From assembly GCA_041662745.1 (NCBI GenBank), contig JBAZRV010000009.1, positions 1 to 13,335 on the forward strand: a stretch of DNA of 13,335 nt, read 5' to 3'. Both the position numbers and the translations under genes were made by a program. Shown here in pieces: positions 6,061-13,101 of the stretch (its first letter is position 1; each line of letters starts with the position of its first letter). The stretch comes from Patescibacteria group bacterium. GTDB taxonomy: Bacteria > Patescibacteriota > Patescibacteriia > 2-01-FULL-39-33. The notes beneath the pieces are model-generated. The model was not told where the DNA came from and made no database searches. It saw nothing but the letters and a program-made list of their open reading frames with translations.

Positions 6061-7845
6061 TTAATTCTTTCTGGATTGGCGGACGCGTTCCACTTCTGAC
6101 AATAACTGCTTGCGCAACCTGATATTTGACGGCGTGATTTCCAAATATTCATCTTCCGCCATAACCTCCAACCCTCGTTCCAGTGATAATTCCCAGGGCG
6201 GAGTCAGCTTGATTGCCTCATCGGCTCCGCTGGAACGCATATTGGTTAAATTCTTGCCCTTAATCGGATTAACCGTCAAATCATTGCCTTTGGTCACATT
6301 GCCGATGACCTGGCCTTCGTAAACTTCCACGCTGCCGCCGACATACAATAAGCCGCGATTCTCCAGATTGGCCAAAGCATAACCGGCGGTTTTGCCGGTA
6401 GCCATGGAAATCATGCTGCCGACATCGCGTTTTTCCACGGCGCCGGCATACGGCTTAAAGCCGATAAAACGGGAACATAAGATGCCTTCACCGCGCGTAT
6501 CCACGGTAAACTCCCCGCGATAACCCAAAAGTCCGCGAGTGGGCACTTCAAAAATAATCCTGGTCAGCGCGCCTTCGGTTTTCATATCTTTGATCAAGCC
6601 TTTGCGTTTGGACATTTTTTCAATTACCGTGCCGGAATAGTCGTTCGGGATATCAATAGTCACCTCTTCAAACGGCTCGGACTTGATGCCGTCAATATCC
6701 TTGATAATGACCTGGGGCTGAGAAACCGATAATTCATAGCCTTCGCGGCGCATATTCTCAAGCAAAATGGCGATGTGCAATTCGCCACGCCCGAAAACCT
6801 TAAAATATTCGGTAGAAGTAAAATCTATTTTCAAGCCGACATTGACTTCCAATTCCTTCTGCAATCTTTCTTTAATCTGCTTATTGGTGACATATTTGCC
6901 TTCACGGCCGGCAAACGGCGAACTGTTGACCAAAAAATTCAAGGCGATCGTCGGTTCGTCAATAGAGATGGCCGGCAAACTTTCTTGGCCGGCGTCACGG
7001 CAAATCGTATCGCCGATATAAATATCAGGCAAGCCGGCAACCATAACAATGTCGCCCGCTTCCGCTTCCGCCACTTCCTCGCGATTCAAACCGCGAAAAG
7101 TGAACAGTTTGGTGATTTTCCCGTCCATTACTGTGCCATCAGGCTTCTTAATCACCACATTATCGCCATTTTTTATCGTCCCCTCATAAACGCGAGAGAT
7201 GGCCAGACGGCCCAGATAATCATCGTAAGCCAGATTAAACGGCTGAGCGCGCAACGGGCTGGCCGTGTCATTTTTAGCCGGTGGCACCTTAGCTATAATG
7301 GTCTCCAAAAGCGGAGTCAGATCGTGGTTAAGATCATCCAAATTAATCTTGGCAAAACCCTCGCGGGCGATGGCATAAACCACCGGAAACTCCAATTGTT
7401 CATCAGTAGCGCCCAAATCCAAAAATAATTCAAAAACTTCTTCTTGCACCATATCCGGCCGAGCCGCCGGCTTATCAATCTTATTGATAACTACGATCGG
7501 CTTAATGCCCAATTCCAATGATTTTTTCAAGACGAATCTGGTCTGAGGCATGGGGCCTTCCTGCGCGTCCACCACCAAAATAACCGAATCAATGGAACGC
7601 AAGACACGCTCAACTTCGGAACCGAAATCGGCGTGGCCCGGAGTATCCACGATATTAATCTTAGTGTCTTTGTAAAACAACGAACCGTTTTTGGAGTAAA
7701 TCGTGATACCGCGTTCTTTTTCCAGGGCGTTTTGATCCATAGAAAAATCTTCGGCTACCATGCCGGTCTGTTTGAGTAATTTGTCGGTCAAAGCGGTTTT
7801 GCCATGATCAACGTGAGCGATAATTGCGATATTTCTAATTTCCAT
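6061..7845 (-). CDS. typA: Translational GTPase TypA/BipA
   Basis: 594 aa with N-terminal [20 protein letters not shown] (G1), DTPGHADFG (G3) and NKIDK (G4). Length and domain order are typical of BipA. Confidence 0.95.
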   Translation of the reverse strand: MEIRNIAIIAHVDHGKTALTDKLLKQTGMVAEDFSMDQNALEKERGITIYSKNGSLFYKDTKINIVDTPGHADFGSEVERVLRSIDSVILVVDAQEGPMPQTRFVLKKSLELGIKPIVVINKIDKPAARPDMVQEEVFELFLDLGATDEQLEFPVVYAIAREGFAKINLDDLNHDLTPLLETIIAKVPPAKNDTASPLRAQPFNLAYDDYLGRLAISRVYEGTIKNGDNVVIKKPDGTVMDGKITKLFTFRGLNREEVAEAEAGDIVMVAGLPDIYIGDTICRDAGQESLPAISIDEPTIALNFLVNSSPFAGREGKYVTNKQIKERLQKELEVNVGLKIDFTSTEYFKVFGRGELHIAILLENMRREGYELSVSQPQVIIKDIDGIKSEPFEEVTIDIPNDYSGTVIEKMSKRKGLIKDMKTEGALTRIIFEVPTRGLLGYRGEFTVDTRGEGILCSRFIGFKPYAGAVEKRDVGSMISMATGKTAGYALANLENRGLLYVGGSVEVYEGQVIGNVTKGNDLTVNPIKGKNLTNMRSSGADEAIKLTPPWELSLERGLEVMAEDEYLEITPSNIRLRKQLLSEVERVRQSRKN

Positions 7846-7854
7846 AGTTGCTTT

Positions 7855-7883
7855 ATTATACAGTAAAATTTAACAAAAGTCAA
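7855..7883 (-). promoter_or_regulatory. Consensus promoter TTGACT-N17-TATAAT, 9 nt upstream of the typA ATG
   Basis: Minus strand: TTGACT-tttgttaaattttactg-TATAAT-aaagcaact-ATG. There is no SD, which implies a leaderless or near-leaderless mRNA. Confidence 0.8.
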
Positions 7884-7893
7884 GGATTTTGCC

Positions 7894-7925
7894 AAAATAA
7901 AAGGCATCGCCAAGAGGGCAATGCC
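7894..7925 (-). terminator. Rho-independent terminator of the 359-aa gene
   Basis: Minus strand: GGCATTGCC-ctctt-GGCGATGCC (one internal mismatch), followed by TTTTATTTTGG. Confidence 0.7.
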
Positions 7926-7938
7926 GTAAAATGAGCTA

Positions 7939-9018
7939 TTATTTCAATGCCGGAGTTGACACTGCCGGCAGGGAGGAAGTCCCGCACAAGGTGCAGCCGG
8001 AGCAAGGTTCTTCCGCTTCAGCCGGATCATCCTTTTTATCCGGTTTATTTTCTGGCTGCGATCGACCGGTCTTACCGTGGTGTTTGAGCATTTTCTCTAA
8101 TTCCTGACGGCGCGGATCCCAATCAGGCAACCAGGTCATCCGTGGCAACCATTTTTCCGCTAATGACAGCCTTAGTCTCTGCGCTTCTTGGGACTGAATG
8201 AAACGCTTGCTCTCCTTAATGCCGTCAAGGCAATCAAGAAGCAACGTCAGAAGATCTTTTTGCCGCAATTCAACTTTCTCAACTAATTCTTTTTTTTCTA
8301 ATTTGGCTGAGGCCAACCAAATACTGCGCTTGATAAAACTAATCAAAACATCAAAAATAATATGGCCGCTGCTTCCACTGTTTAATTCCTTTGGCAAAAA
8401 TCCTATCTCTTTAAGCAAGACAAAGGCCTTGCGCCAATCACAGACAATCCGATTGCCTTCCTGGTCGCGTATTTCTATCAACCAACCCTCCGGCGCGCTT
8501 ATGGATGATTTGACTTTGTCCACGTAGCGGAAAGACAACTTAATATTATTCGTTTGAACAAGCAAACTTCTAAATAACCGGCTGAGTCGTTGTCGGCAAG
8601 AGTTAAACCGTTGATCAGCGAACCAGCCGCCCAAAATTAATACGATATAAAAATGCTTTTCGGGTTTTATTTCCCTGATCGTCTGTTCAAGGCACCGATA
8701 AGTAGTCAAATAAAAACTCTCATCCGACAAGTCTTGGTTTCGTCTAATAATTAAAATATACCCGCGGATATTGCGCCGATAATATTCTTTCCAAAAACTA
8801 AGCGGTGGACCGAACAATATATAACTGATACCGATCACACAGACGCCGGTAAGCAACTTCCAACCAATGCCGGCGGCGAGATATGCCTGTCCAAGCGCCA
8901 CAAACATCATGACAAACCCAAAACTAATAAAAATAACAGAAAGAAAAAATCTGCGTCCTCCGTGCGGTATGGGGGCGTAATTGGGGACCTGGGTTTCCGC
9001 TATCTTCTTTTGGACCAT
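7939..9018 (-). CDS. Hypothetical 2-TM membrane protein (359 aa) with a large cytoplasmic domain, a charged linker and a C-terminal CxxCxxC
   Basis: SD GGAGG (9031..9027) 8 nt before the ATG. Two N-terminal TM helices. The tail is KPDKKDDPAEAEEPCSGCTLCG. No family recognised. Confidence 0.75.
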   Translation of the reverse strand: MVQKKIAETQVPNYAPIPHGGRRFFLSVIFISFGFVMMFVALGQAYLAAGIGWKLLTGVCVIGISYILFGPPLSFWKEYYRRNIRGYILIIRRNQDLSDESFYLTTYRCLEQTIREIKPEKHFYIVLILGGWFADQRFNSCRQRLSRLFRSLLVQTNNIKLSFRYVDKVKSSISAPEGWLIEIRDQEGNRIVCDWRKAFVLLKEIGFLPKELNSGSSGHIIFDVLISFIKRSIWLASAKLEKKELVEKVELRQKDLLTLLLDCLDGIKESKRFIQSQEAQRLRLSLAEKWLPRMTWLPDWDPRRQELEKMLKHHGKTGRSQPENKPDKKDDPAEAEEPCSGCTLCGTSSLPAVSTPALK

Positions 9019-9031
9019 GTTCTGATCCTCC

Positions 9032-9205
9032 TATTGTTACCGACCCCGATTCAAAACAAAATCGGAGTGGGCAGCGCGATGAGTTGGCCTTGCGCCAACC
9101 GATCCGCCGAATTAACCGGAAATGCCTAACCTCACATTGGCTAAGTTTTCCGGTTCAAACGCAAATTGTAACGAGCTGTTTCGCTTAAATAACAAGCAAA
9201 AGCTT
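9032..9205 (-). promoter_or_regulatory. Long structured 5' leader (at least three consecutive stem-loops) of the 359-aa gene
   Basis: Minus-strand hairpins: 9154..9115 (ACCGGAAA..CTTAGCC/GGTTAGG..TTTCCGGT), 9107..9074 (GCGGAT-GTTGGC-gcaag-GCCAAC-ATCgCGC) and 9067..9044 (CTCCGATT-N8-AATCGGGG). Several pairs are G.U on the minus strand only; they would be C.A on the plus strand. Confidence 0.5.
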
Positions 9206-9211
9206 CATTCA

Positions 9212-9240
9212 AGCTTACCAAAAAACCGGCGCCATGTCAA
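9212..9240 (-). promoter_or_regulatory. Candidate promoter TTGACA-N17-TAAGCT, embedded in the upstream terminator
   Basis: Perfect -35 (9240..9235), a 17-nt spacer and a weak TAnnnT -10 (9217..9212). It would give a roughly 185-nt leader. Confidence 0.35.
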
Positions 9241-9259
9241 TGGTCTGACCTTACGCCGG
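9220..9259 (-). terminator. Rho-independent terminator of the dac/coiled-coil operon
   Basis: Minus strand: CCGGCG-(10-nt bulge)-CCAT-tgac-ATGGCGCCGG, followed by TTTTTT. Confidence 0.7.
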
Positions 9260-9273
9260 CGGAAAATTGCCGA

Positions 9274-9627
9274 TTAAGCCATCTTTTTGAATTTAACCGT
9301 AAAAATCGGTTCATATTCAATCTCGTATTCATCCTTGACTTTGACGGTTTCGCCCTTGACCAATTGATTCAAGGCGATGTCCGACAAAACGGTGTAATCC
9401 GATTCCAAATCTATTTTTAAATCATCTATCTTGGTCAACTCGGAGGATAATTGCGCTTTAACGTCGTTTTCAATTTTCTTTTTCCGATCTCTTAATTCTT
9501 TAAGTTCATCCGTGATTTTCTTATACTCCAGCAGATTAACCAAGGCATCGCGATAAACATCTTTGAGTTTCTTTTGTTCTTTCTTGGTTTCCCTGATACG
9601 GCTGAACACTTCCTGCAAGTTGGACAT
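9274..9627 (-). CDS. Hypothetical small coiled-coil protein (117 aa, Lys/Glu-rich)
   Basis: Heptad-like charged sequence (KKEQKKLKDVYRDAL...ELKELRDRKKKIENDVKAQL). Lies 54 nt downstream of the carboxypeptidase gene, with no SD and no terminator between them. Confidence 0.65.
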   Translation of the reverse strand: MSNLQEVFSRIRETKKEQKKLKDVYRDALVNLLEYKKITDELKELRDRKKKIENDVKAQLSSELTKIDDLKIDLESDYTVLSDIALNQLVKGETVKVKDEYEIEYEPIFTVKFKKMA

Positions 9628-9681
9628 AATTAAATAAATGAAAAGTTAATAATTAATAAGCGATCTAAAACGACAGAAAAA

Positions 9682-10944
9682 TTATTGAGCGATGGCCAAC
9701 CAACCGGCGGATAATATTTTGGCCACGATGCTGTTTCTCTGTGGCAAGGACGCGGCATGCAATACTACGATTATCCGACCGTCTTTGGCAATGGCGGCAT
9801 TGCGTTGCGCCTCCACCAAGTAACCGGTTTTGGAAGCAACCGGATCAAACGCCAACAGGGAATAATTGCGATTTGACACTCCGACATTACGCAATGATCC
9901 GTCAGCCTGTTCCACGGCAAAGGTATAATCAGTAAATCGAGTGGCTGAAGCTATGAGCTCAGTATCAAAAGCAACCTTGGCGATAACCGCAAACTCTTCA
10001 GCGGTAGAAATATTATCGGCCGACAAACCGGACATCTCTTCAAAATGAGTCTTAACCAAGCCCAATTCTTTGGCCTTATCGTTCATCTTCTTAACGAACT
10101 CTGCCCGGGTTAAACCGCTGTTATCGGCCAGAATCACCGCCGATTGATTGGAGGAAGCGGTCAGCATGGAAATCCATAAATCCATCATTCTAACCTTATC
10201 GCCGGCCTTCAAATTAACTTCGCTGGTGGAACCGCAGGGTTGCAAGGTGCAGGGATAATGTATCTCTTCCGGCGTGATCTCAATAATTTTATTCCAATCA
10301 ATGCTCCGGTCTTTTAAGACTAGGGCGGTCATAACCTTTGACAGCGACGCTAAAGGCAAAATGGCTTGGCTATGATAACTGTTTTCATATTTCTTGCCAT
10401 CGTAACTGACATAAGCGATGTCATTATAAAGCGGATCATAGGTGAATTGCGAATCATTCATCGGCACCTGGCGCAAACTGGCATCGGTGGCTCTCAGGCC
10501 GATGGTTTTGGAAGCGTCAAAAACCTTATTAAAGGTGGCGACGCGGTAGGCATAGCCGTTGCTTGGATTAATATAATATATTTCCGATCTCTGACTGTCT
10601 AAAAAGACGAATCTGCCGGAATATTTATTAAGGAAGGAGGCGGAAAGTTTTCTTTTGGCGGTGAACTTGGCGACGTCGGCCTTGGCGATATCTATTCCGA
10701 CTCGGGCGATCACTTCATACAGTTCCACGTCATTTTCTACAATATAGCGCGACTTGCCATCGGGAGCGATATACCAAAAACGATTATTGGTCTTGGCTTG
10801 TATGGCTAAGCGGCCGGATAATTGCGCTGCGGTATAGCTCTTATATGCTACCACCGGCTTTTTGGCGGCGGCAAAAACACCTGACGGCATGATCATTGCC
10901 GTGGACAAGGTGAAAAATAAAATATATGAGATGATTTTTTTCAT
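9682..10944 (-). CDS. Serine-type D-Ala-D-Ala carboxypeptidase (peptidase S11, PBP5/DacB-like) with signal peptide and an N-terminal tandem repeat
   Basis: SxxK (LSKV), SxN (SSN) and KTG (SKTG) motifs occur in the correct order. I prefer the ATG at 10944 (MKKIISYILFF..., a signal-peptide-like start) over the TTG at 10953 used by the ORF track. Confidence 0.88.
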   Translation of the reverse strand: MKKIISYILFFTLSTAMIMPSGVFAAAKKPVVAYKSYTAAQLSGRLAIQAKTNNRFWYIAPDGKSRYIVENDVELYEVIARVGIDIAKADVAKFTAKRKLSASFLNKYSGRFVFLDSQRSEIYYINPSNGYAYRVATFNKVFDASKTIGLRATDASLRQVPMNDSQFTYDPLYNDIAYVSYDGKKYENSYHSQAILPLASLSKVMTALVLKDRSIDWNKIIEITPEEIHYPCTLQPCGSTSEVNLKAGDKVRMMDLWISMLTASSNQSAVILADNSGLTRAEFVKKMNDKAKELGLVKTHFEEMSGLSADNISTAEEFAVIAKVAFDTELIASATRFTDYTFAVEQADGSLRNVGVSNRNYSLLAFDPVASKTGYLVEAQRNAAIAKDGRIIVVLHAASLPQRNSIVAKILSAGWLAIAQ

Positions 10945-10957
10945 ATCTGACAATCCT

Positions 10958-10986
10958 ATTTTAACACAATCGCCTCAGCCGGGCAA
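10958..10986 (-). promoter_or_regulatory. Promoter TTGCCC-N17-(TGt)TAAAAT for the carboxypeptidase operon
   Basis: Hand-aligned on the minus strand. Only 13 nt (aggattgtcagat) separate the -10 from the ATG at 10944. Confidence 0.55.
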
Positions 10987-11003
10987 ATTTAGTCTTTACT
11001 GAA

Positions 11004-11031
11004 TTAAAAAACCCCACCTTAACGGGGGTTT
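11004..11031 (-). terminator. Rho-independent terminator overlapping the stop codon of the 169-aa gene
   Basis: Minus strand: TAAACCCC-cgttaaggt-GGGGTT, followed by TTTTAATT. Confidence 0.7.
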
Positions 11032-11539
11032 AAAAGTTCCATTCTATATCTTCCGGCGGCGGATAACGGGAATCGGTGGTTTCGGGAATTTTAGCCACGA
11101 TAAAATCCTCTGCCAATTTCCTGTCGCGGGGGCTTAGATTAGACAAGACATATTCATGGCCTTTGTCGTACCGATCAAAAAAAGTCAAGGTGCTGGATTC
11201 GGCTAAAAACCAAGGCAGCCAAGACGAGTGAATCTTAAAGGGAACCCGGGAAGAGGAAACTTCGATATGAACCGTATGCAGCTCTCGCCACCTATAGACT
11301 CCCGTATCATTCCAGACGCCGGAAACAGTCAAATGATCAGGATATAATCCCAGCTGGCAAAAAGATTGTTTGATAATTCCGTCTAAAACCCAAAGAACAA
11401 ACAGGGCCGTCAACCCATCAAGCAATAAATGATTTTCCGGCAAATAACCGTAAAAAATCAAAGTCAACCAAACTGCGGGGAAAAACATCAGCCACAAAAG
11501 CTTATTAGCCAACGTTTGCCAAGGCGGTTTAAGCTGCAT
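11030..11539 (-). CDS. Hypothetical 2-TM membrane protein, possibly bPH (bacterial PH)-like
   Basis: I place the start at the ATG at 11539 (MQLKPPW...) because GGAGG (11551..11547) lies 7 nt upstream; the ORF-track start at 11572 has no SD and falls inside the hairpin. Two TM helices are followed by a roughly 100-aa soluble domain. The bPH assignment rests on topology only. Confidence 0.6.
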   Translation of the reverse strand: MQLKPPWQTLANKLLWLMFFPAVWLTLIFYGYLPENHLLLDGLTALFVLWVLDGIIKQSFCQLGLYPDHLTVSGVWNDTGVYRWRELHTVHIEVSSSRVPFKIHSSWLPWFLAESSTLTFFDRYDKGHEYVLSNLSPRDRKLAEDFIVAKIPETTDSRYPPPEDIEWNF

Positions 11540-11558
11540 GATTAATCCTCCTCTTGCC

Positions 11559-11590
11559 AAAAATGACGCCAAAGATCTGGCGTCATTTTA
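11559..11590. terminator. Perfect inverted repeat ATGACGCCA-aagatc-TGGCGTCAT flanked by A4/T4; a terminator-like hairpin just upstream of the next gene's SD
   Basis: 9-bp perfect stem, extendable to 12 bp through the A/T flanks. On the minus strand it is followed by TTTTGGCAAGAGGAGG-N7-ATG. Confidence 0.6.
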
Positions 11591-11616
11591 ACACAAATAA
11601 ATCTGATGTCAACCGC

Positions 11617-12465
11617 CTAATAGCCGGGCGGTATAATGCTGCCGGCGTCAAGATAATTAACTTCGGGTATGATTTGAATGCTGTCAATCGTCGGCAAATC
11701 CTGGGCCCAATTCATCTCAATCGTCCTGGTTTCCAATGATTCCAAACGGGTGATGGCGGCATAGTTGACGGCAACGATTGACCCCCGGCTATAAAGCAGG
11801 GCGATGGCGTTAACCTGCCAATAACCGTAGGAAGAGTCATTGGTGATATCAAAGCTTATTCGCGACGGTTCGCCGAGCTTGGCCGGGGGCGAATATTGTT
11901 CATTTTCAATAACAAAACGATCACGGGCGTTTTTTAGAGCGGAAAAATTCGCTATTTTCTGCCAACGAAAATTTTCAGCGGTAAAATTCGCTTGCGCGCT
12001 ATCCGAACCGATGCCGATAAGATACTTATCGGCGCCGGGCAAAATGAAGCCGGAGCGAGCCGGGGAAGTTGAGCCATTGGCGTTTAAACGATAATCAAAC
12101 AATCCCAGCCAATCAGTATTGGGATTTCTGGCTTCTACGGCTAGATCATAATGGCCGGAAGCGGCGGGCAACACTATCACTTCGGAAAATTTCAAGGGTT
12201 GGGGCCGGCTTTGATCCAGAATTACCTGAGCGGCTGAAGGCGAATGCAGCATATTGGCCGCTTCAGTATTCAAACGGTTAAAATCCAACAGGTAAGTGAT
12301 TAAGCCGTATAAAGCGTAAAGCCAAAACAAAACAGCCACGGCGATCAAAAATATAATCAACGACCGGCGCAAAAATAATTTATTGGTAACATACCAATAA
12401 CTCCACTTGAGTTGCTTGCTGGTCAATTCGCTTGAGGGAATAGACGGGATGTTTGCTTCTTCCAT
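11617..12465 (-). CDS. Hypothetical single-pass membrane protein (282 aa) with a probably beta-rich extracytoplasmic domain
   Basis: One TM helix (LIIFLIAVAVLFWLYALYGLITYLL) after a roughly 30-aa cytoplasmic tail. No family recognised. Confidence 0.7.
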   Translation of the reverse strand: MEEANIPSIPSSELTSKQLKWSYWYVTNKLFLRRSLIIFLIAVAVLFWLYALYGLITYLLDFNRLNTEAANMLHSPSAAQVILDQSRPQPLKFSEVIVLPAASGHYDLAVEARNPNTDWLGLFDYRLNANGSTSPARSGFILPGADKYLIGIGSDSAQANFTAENFRWQKIANFSALKNARDRFVIENEQYSPPAKLGEPSRISFDITNDSSYGYWQVNAIALLYSRGSIVAVNYAAITRLESLETRTIEMNWAQDLPTIDSIQIIPEVNYLDAGSIIPPGY

Positions 12466-12473
12466 ATATTTTT

Positions 12474-12482
12474 ATTATACCA
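12474..12482 (-). promoter_or_regulatory. Extended -10 promoter (TGGTATAAT), 8 nt upstream of the ATG at 12465
   Basis: Minus strand: TGGTATAAT-aaaaatat-ATG. There is no SD. It abuts the recO terminator. Confidence 0.55.
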
Positions 12483-12488
12483 TAAGCC

Positions 12489-12517
12489 AAAATAAAAGTG
12501 GAGATTTTATTCTCCGC
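12489..12517 (-). terminator. Terminator after recO
   Basis: Minus strand: GCGGAGA-ataaaa-TCTCCAC (one C.A mismatch), followed by TTTTATTTTGG. Confidence 0.55.
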
Positions 12518-12540
12518 TTTTGATCCTCGCCCATCGCCGC

Positions 12541-13101
12541 TCATTCTTGTTGTAATAAAGAATAAAAAGATTTTAATTCTTTATCCCCCGCTTCGGTTAT
12601 CAGCCGGCCCAGCTCTGAAGTCAGTTGTTTTTGAGAGCGTGATTTCAGCTGCGGCCGCCAACCCAAATGCGACAGCAAATCATACGCGGCCCGATTAAAT
12701 ATCAAACGTTGCTGTTTGCCGTCTAAAGCTTCATTAAGCTGAACAAAAAAATTGTTCAATAAATAAAATAATTCCTGATCCGGCGACTGGCCGGGAGTCA
12801 AAAGATCAACTGTTTCCAGGTAGGCCAAAGCATAAACGGCCCGACTCGGCTCCCGATAAACCGCTTTAAAAACCCGGGCAATACTGGCGCCGGCCAAACG
12901 GAAAACCCCGCTGCCGGGCGCGGCCGTCAATCTGGTCAAGCAAAAAAACTCCAGATGCGACCGGAGTTTGGAGGTAATTTTCTTAGCGCCCTTGGCCACG
13001 ACAATGATTTTGCCGGCGTCCCTGGTATAGGCCGTAACCGCCAGGTCATAATCGCCGCGAGGCGCTTGGCGCAAGATGTAGGCATCGGTTAAAAAAGTCA
13101 T
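12541..13101 (-). CDS. recO: DNA repair/recombination mediator RecO (short 186-aa form)
   Basis: N-terminal OB-fold-like pattern (DAYILRQAPRGDYDLAVTAYTRDAGKIIVVAKGAKK) and a helical C-terminal half, as in RecO. The ATG overlaps the ruvX stop (ATGA). Confidence 0.7.
   Translation of the reverse strand: MTFLTDAYILRQAPRGDYDLAVTAYTRDAGKIIVVAKGAKKITSKLRSHLEFFCLTRLTAAPGSGVFRLAGASIARVFKAVYREPSRAVYALAYLETVDLLTPGQSPDQELFYLLNNFFVQLNEALDGKQQRLIFNRAAYDLLSHLGWRPQLKSRSQKQLTSELGRLITEAGDKELKSFYSLLQQE

Noticed and set aside
6775-7428. 217-aa plus-strand ORF (also 6110-6322 and 6767-7021)
   Set aside because: It lies entirely inside, and antisense to, typA, whose homology is unambiguous. It has no SD or promoter and a low-complexity composition.
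9200-9216. AAGCTT-cattc-AAGCTT palindrome (two HindIII sites) as a regulatory hairpin
   Set aside because: It overlaps the candidate -10 (9212-9217). If that promoter is real, only half of the palindrome is transcribed. It is also too short and AT-rich to interpret on its own.
9019-9273. Possibility that the structured leader is a known riboswitch (for example fluoride/crcB) or SRP/6S-type RNA
   Set aside because: I compared it by eye with the consensus features I remember and found no match: no CUGAUG-type fluoride core and no SRP GNAR domain IV. It is kept only as an unclassified structured leader. The tiny ORFs inside it (MKLLLVI and MAPVFW) have no SD.
12498-12698. 66-aa plus-strand ORF
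   Set aside because: It starts inside the recO terminator hairpin and runs antisense into recO. It has no SD or promoter.
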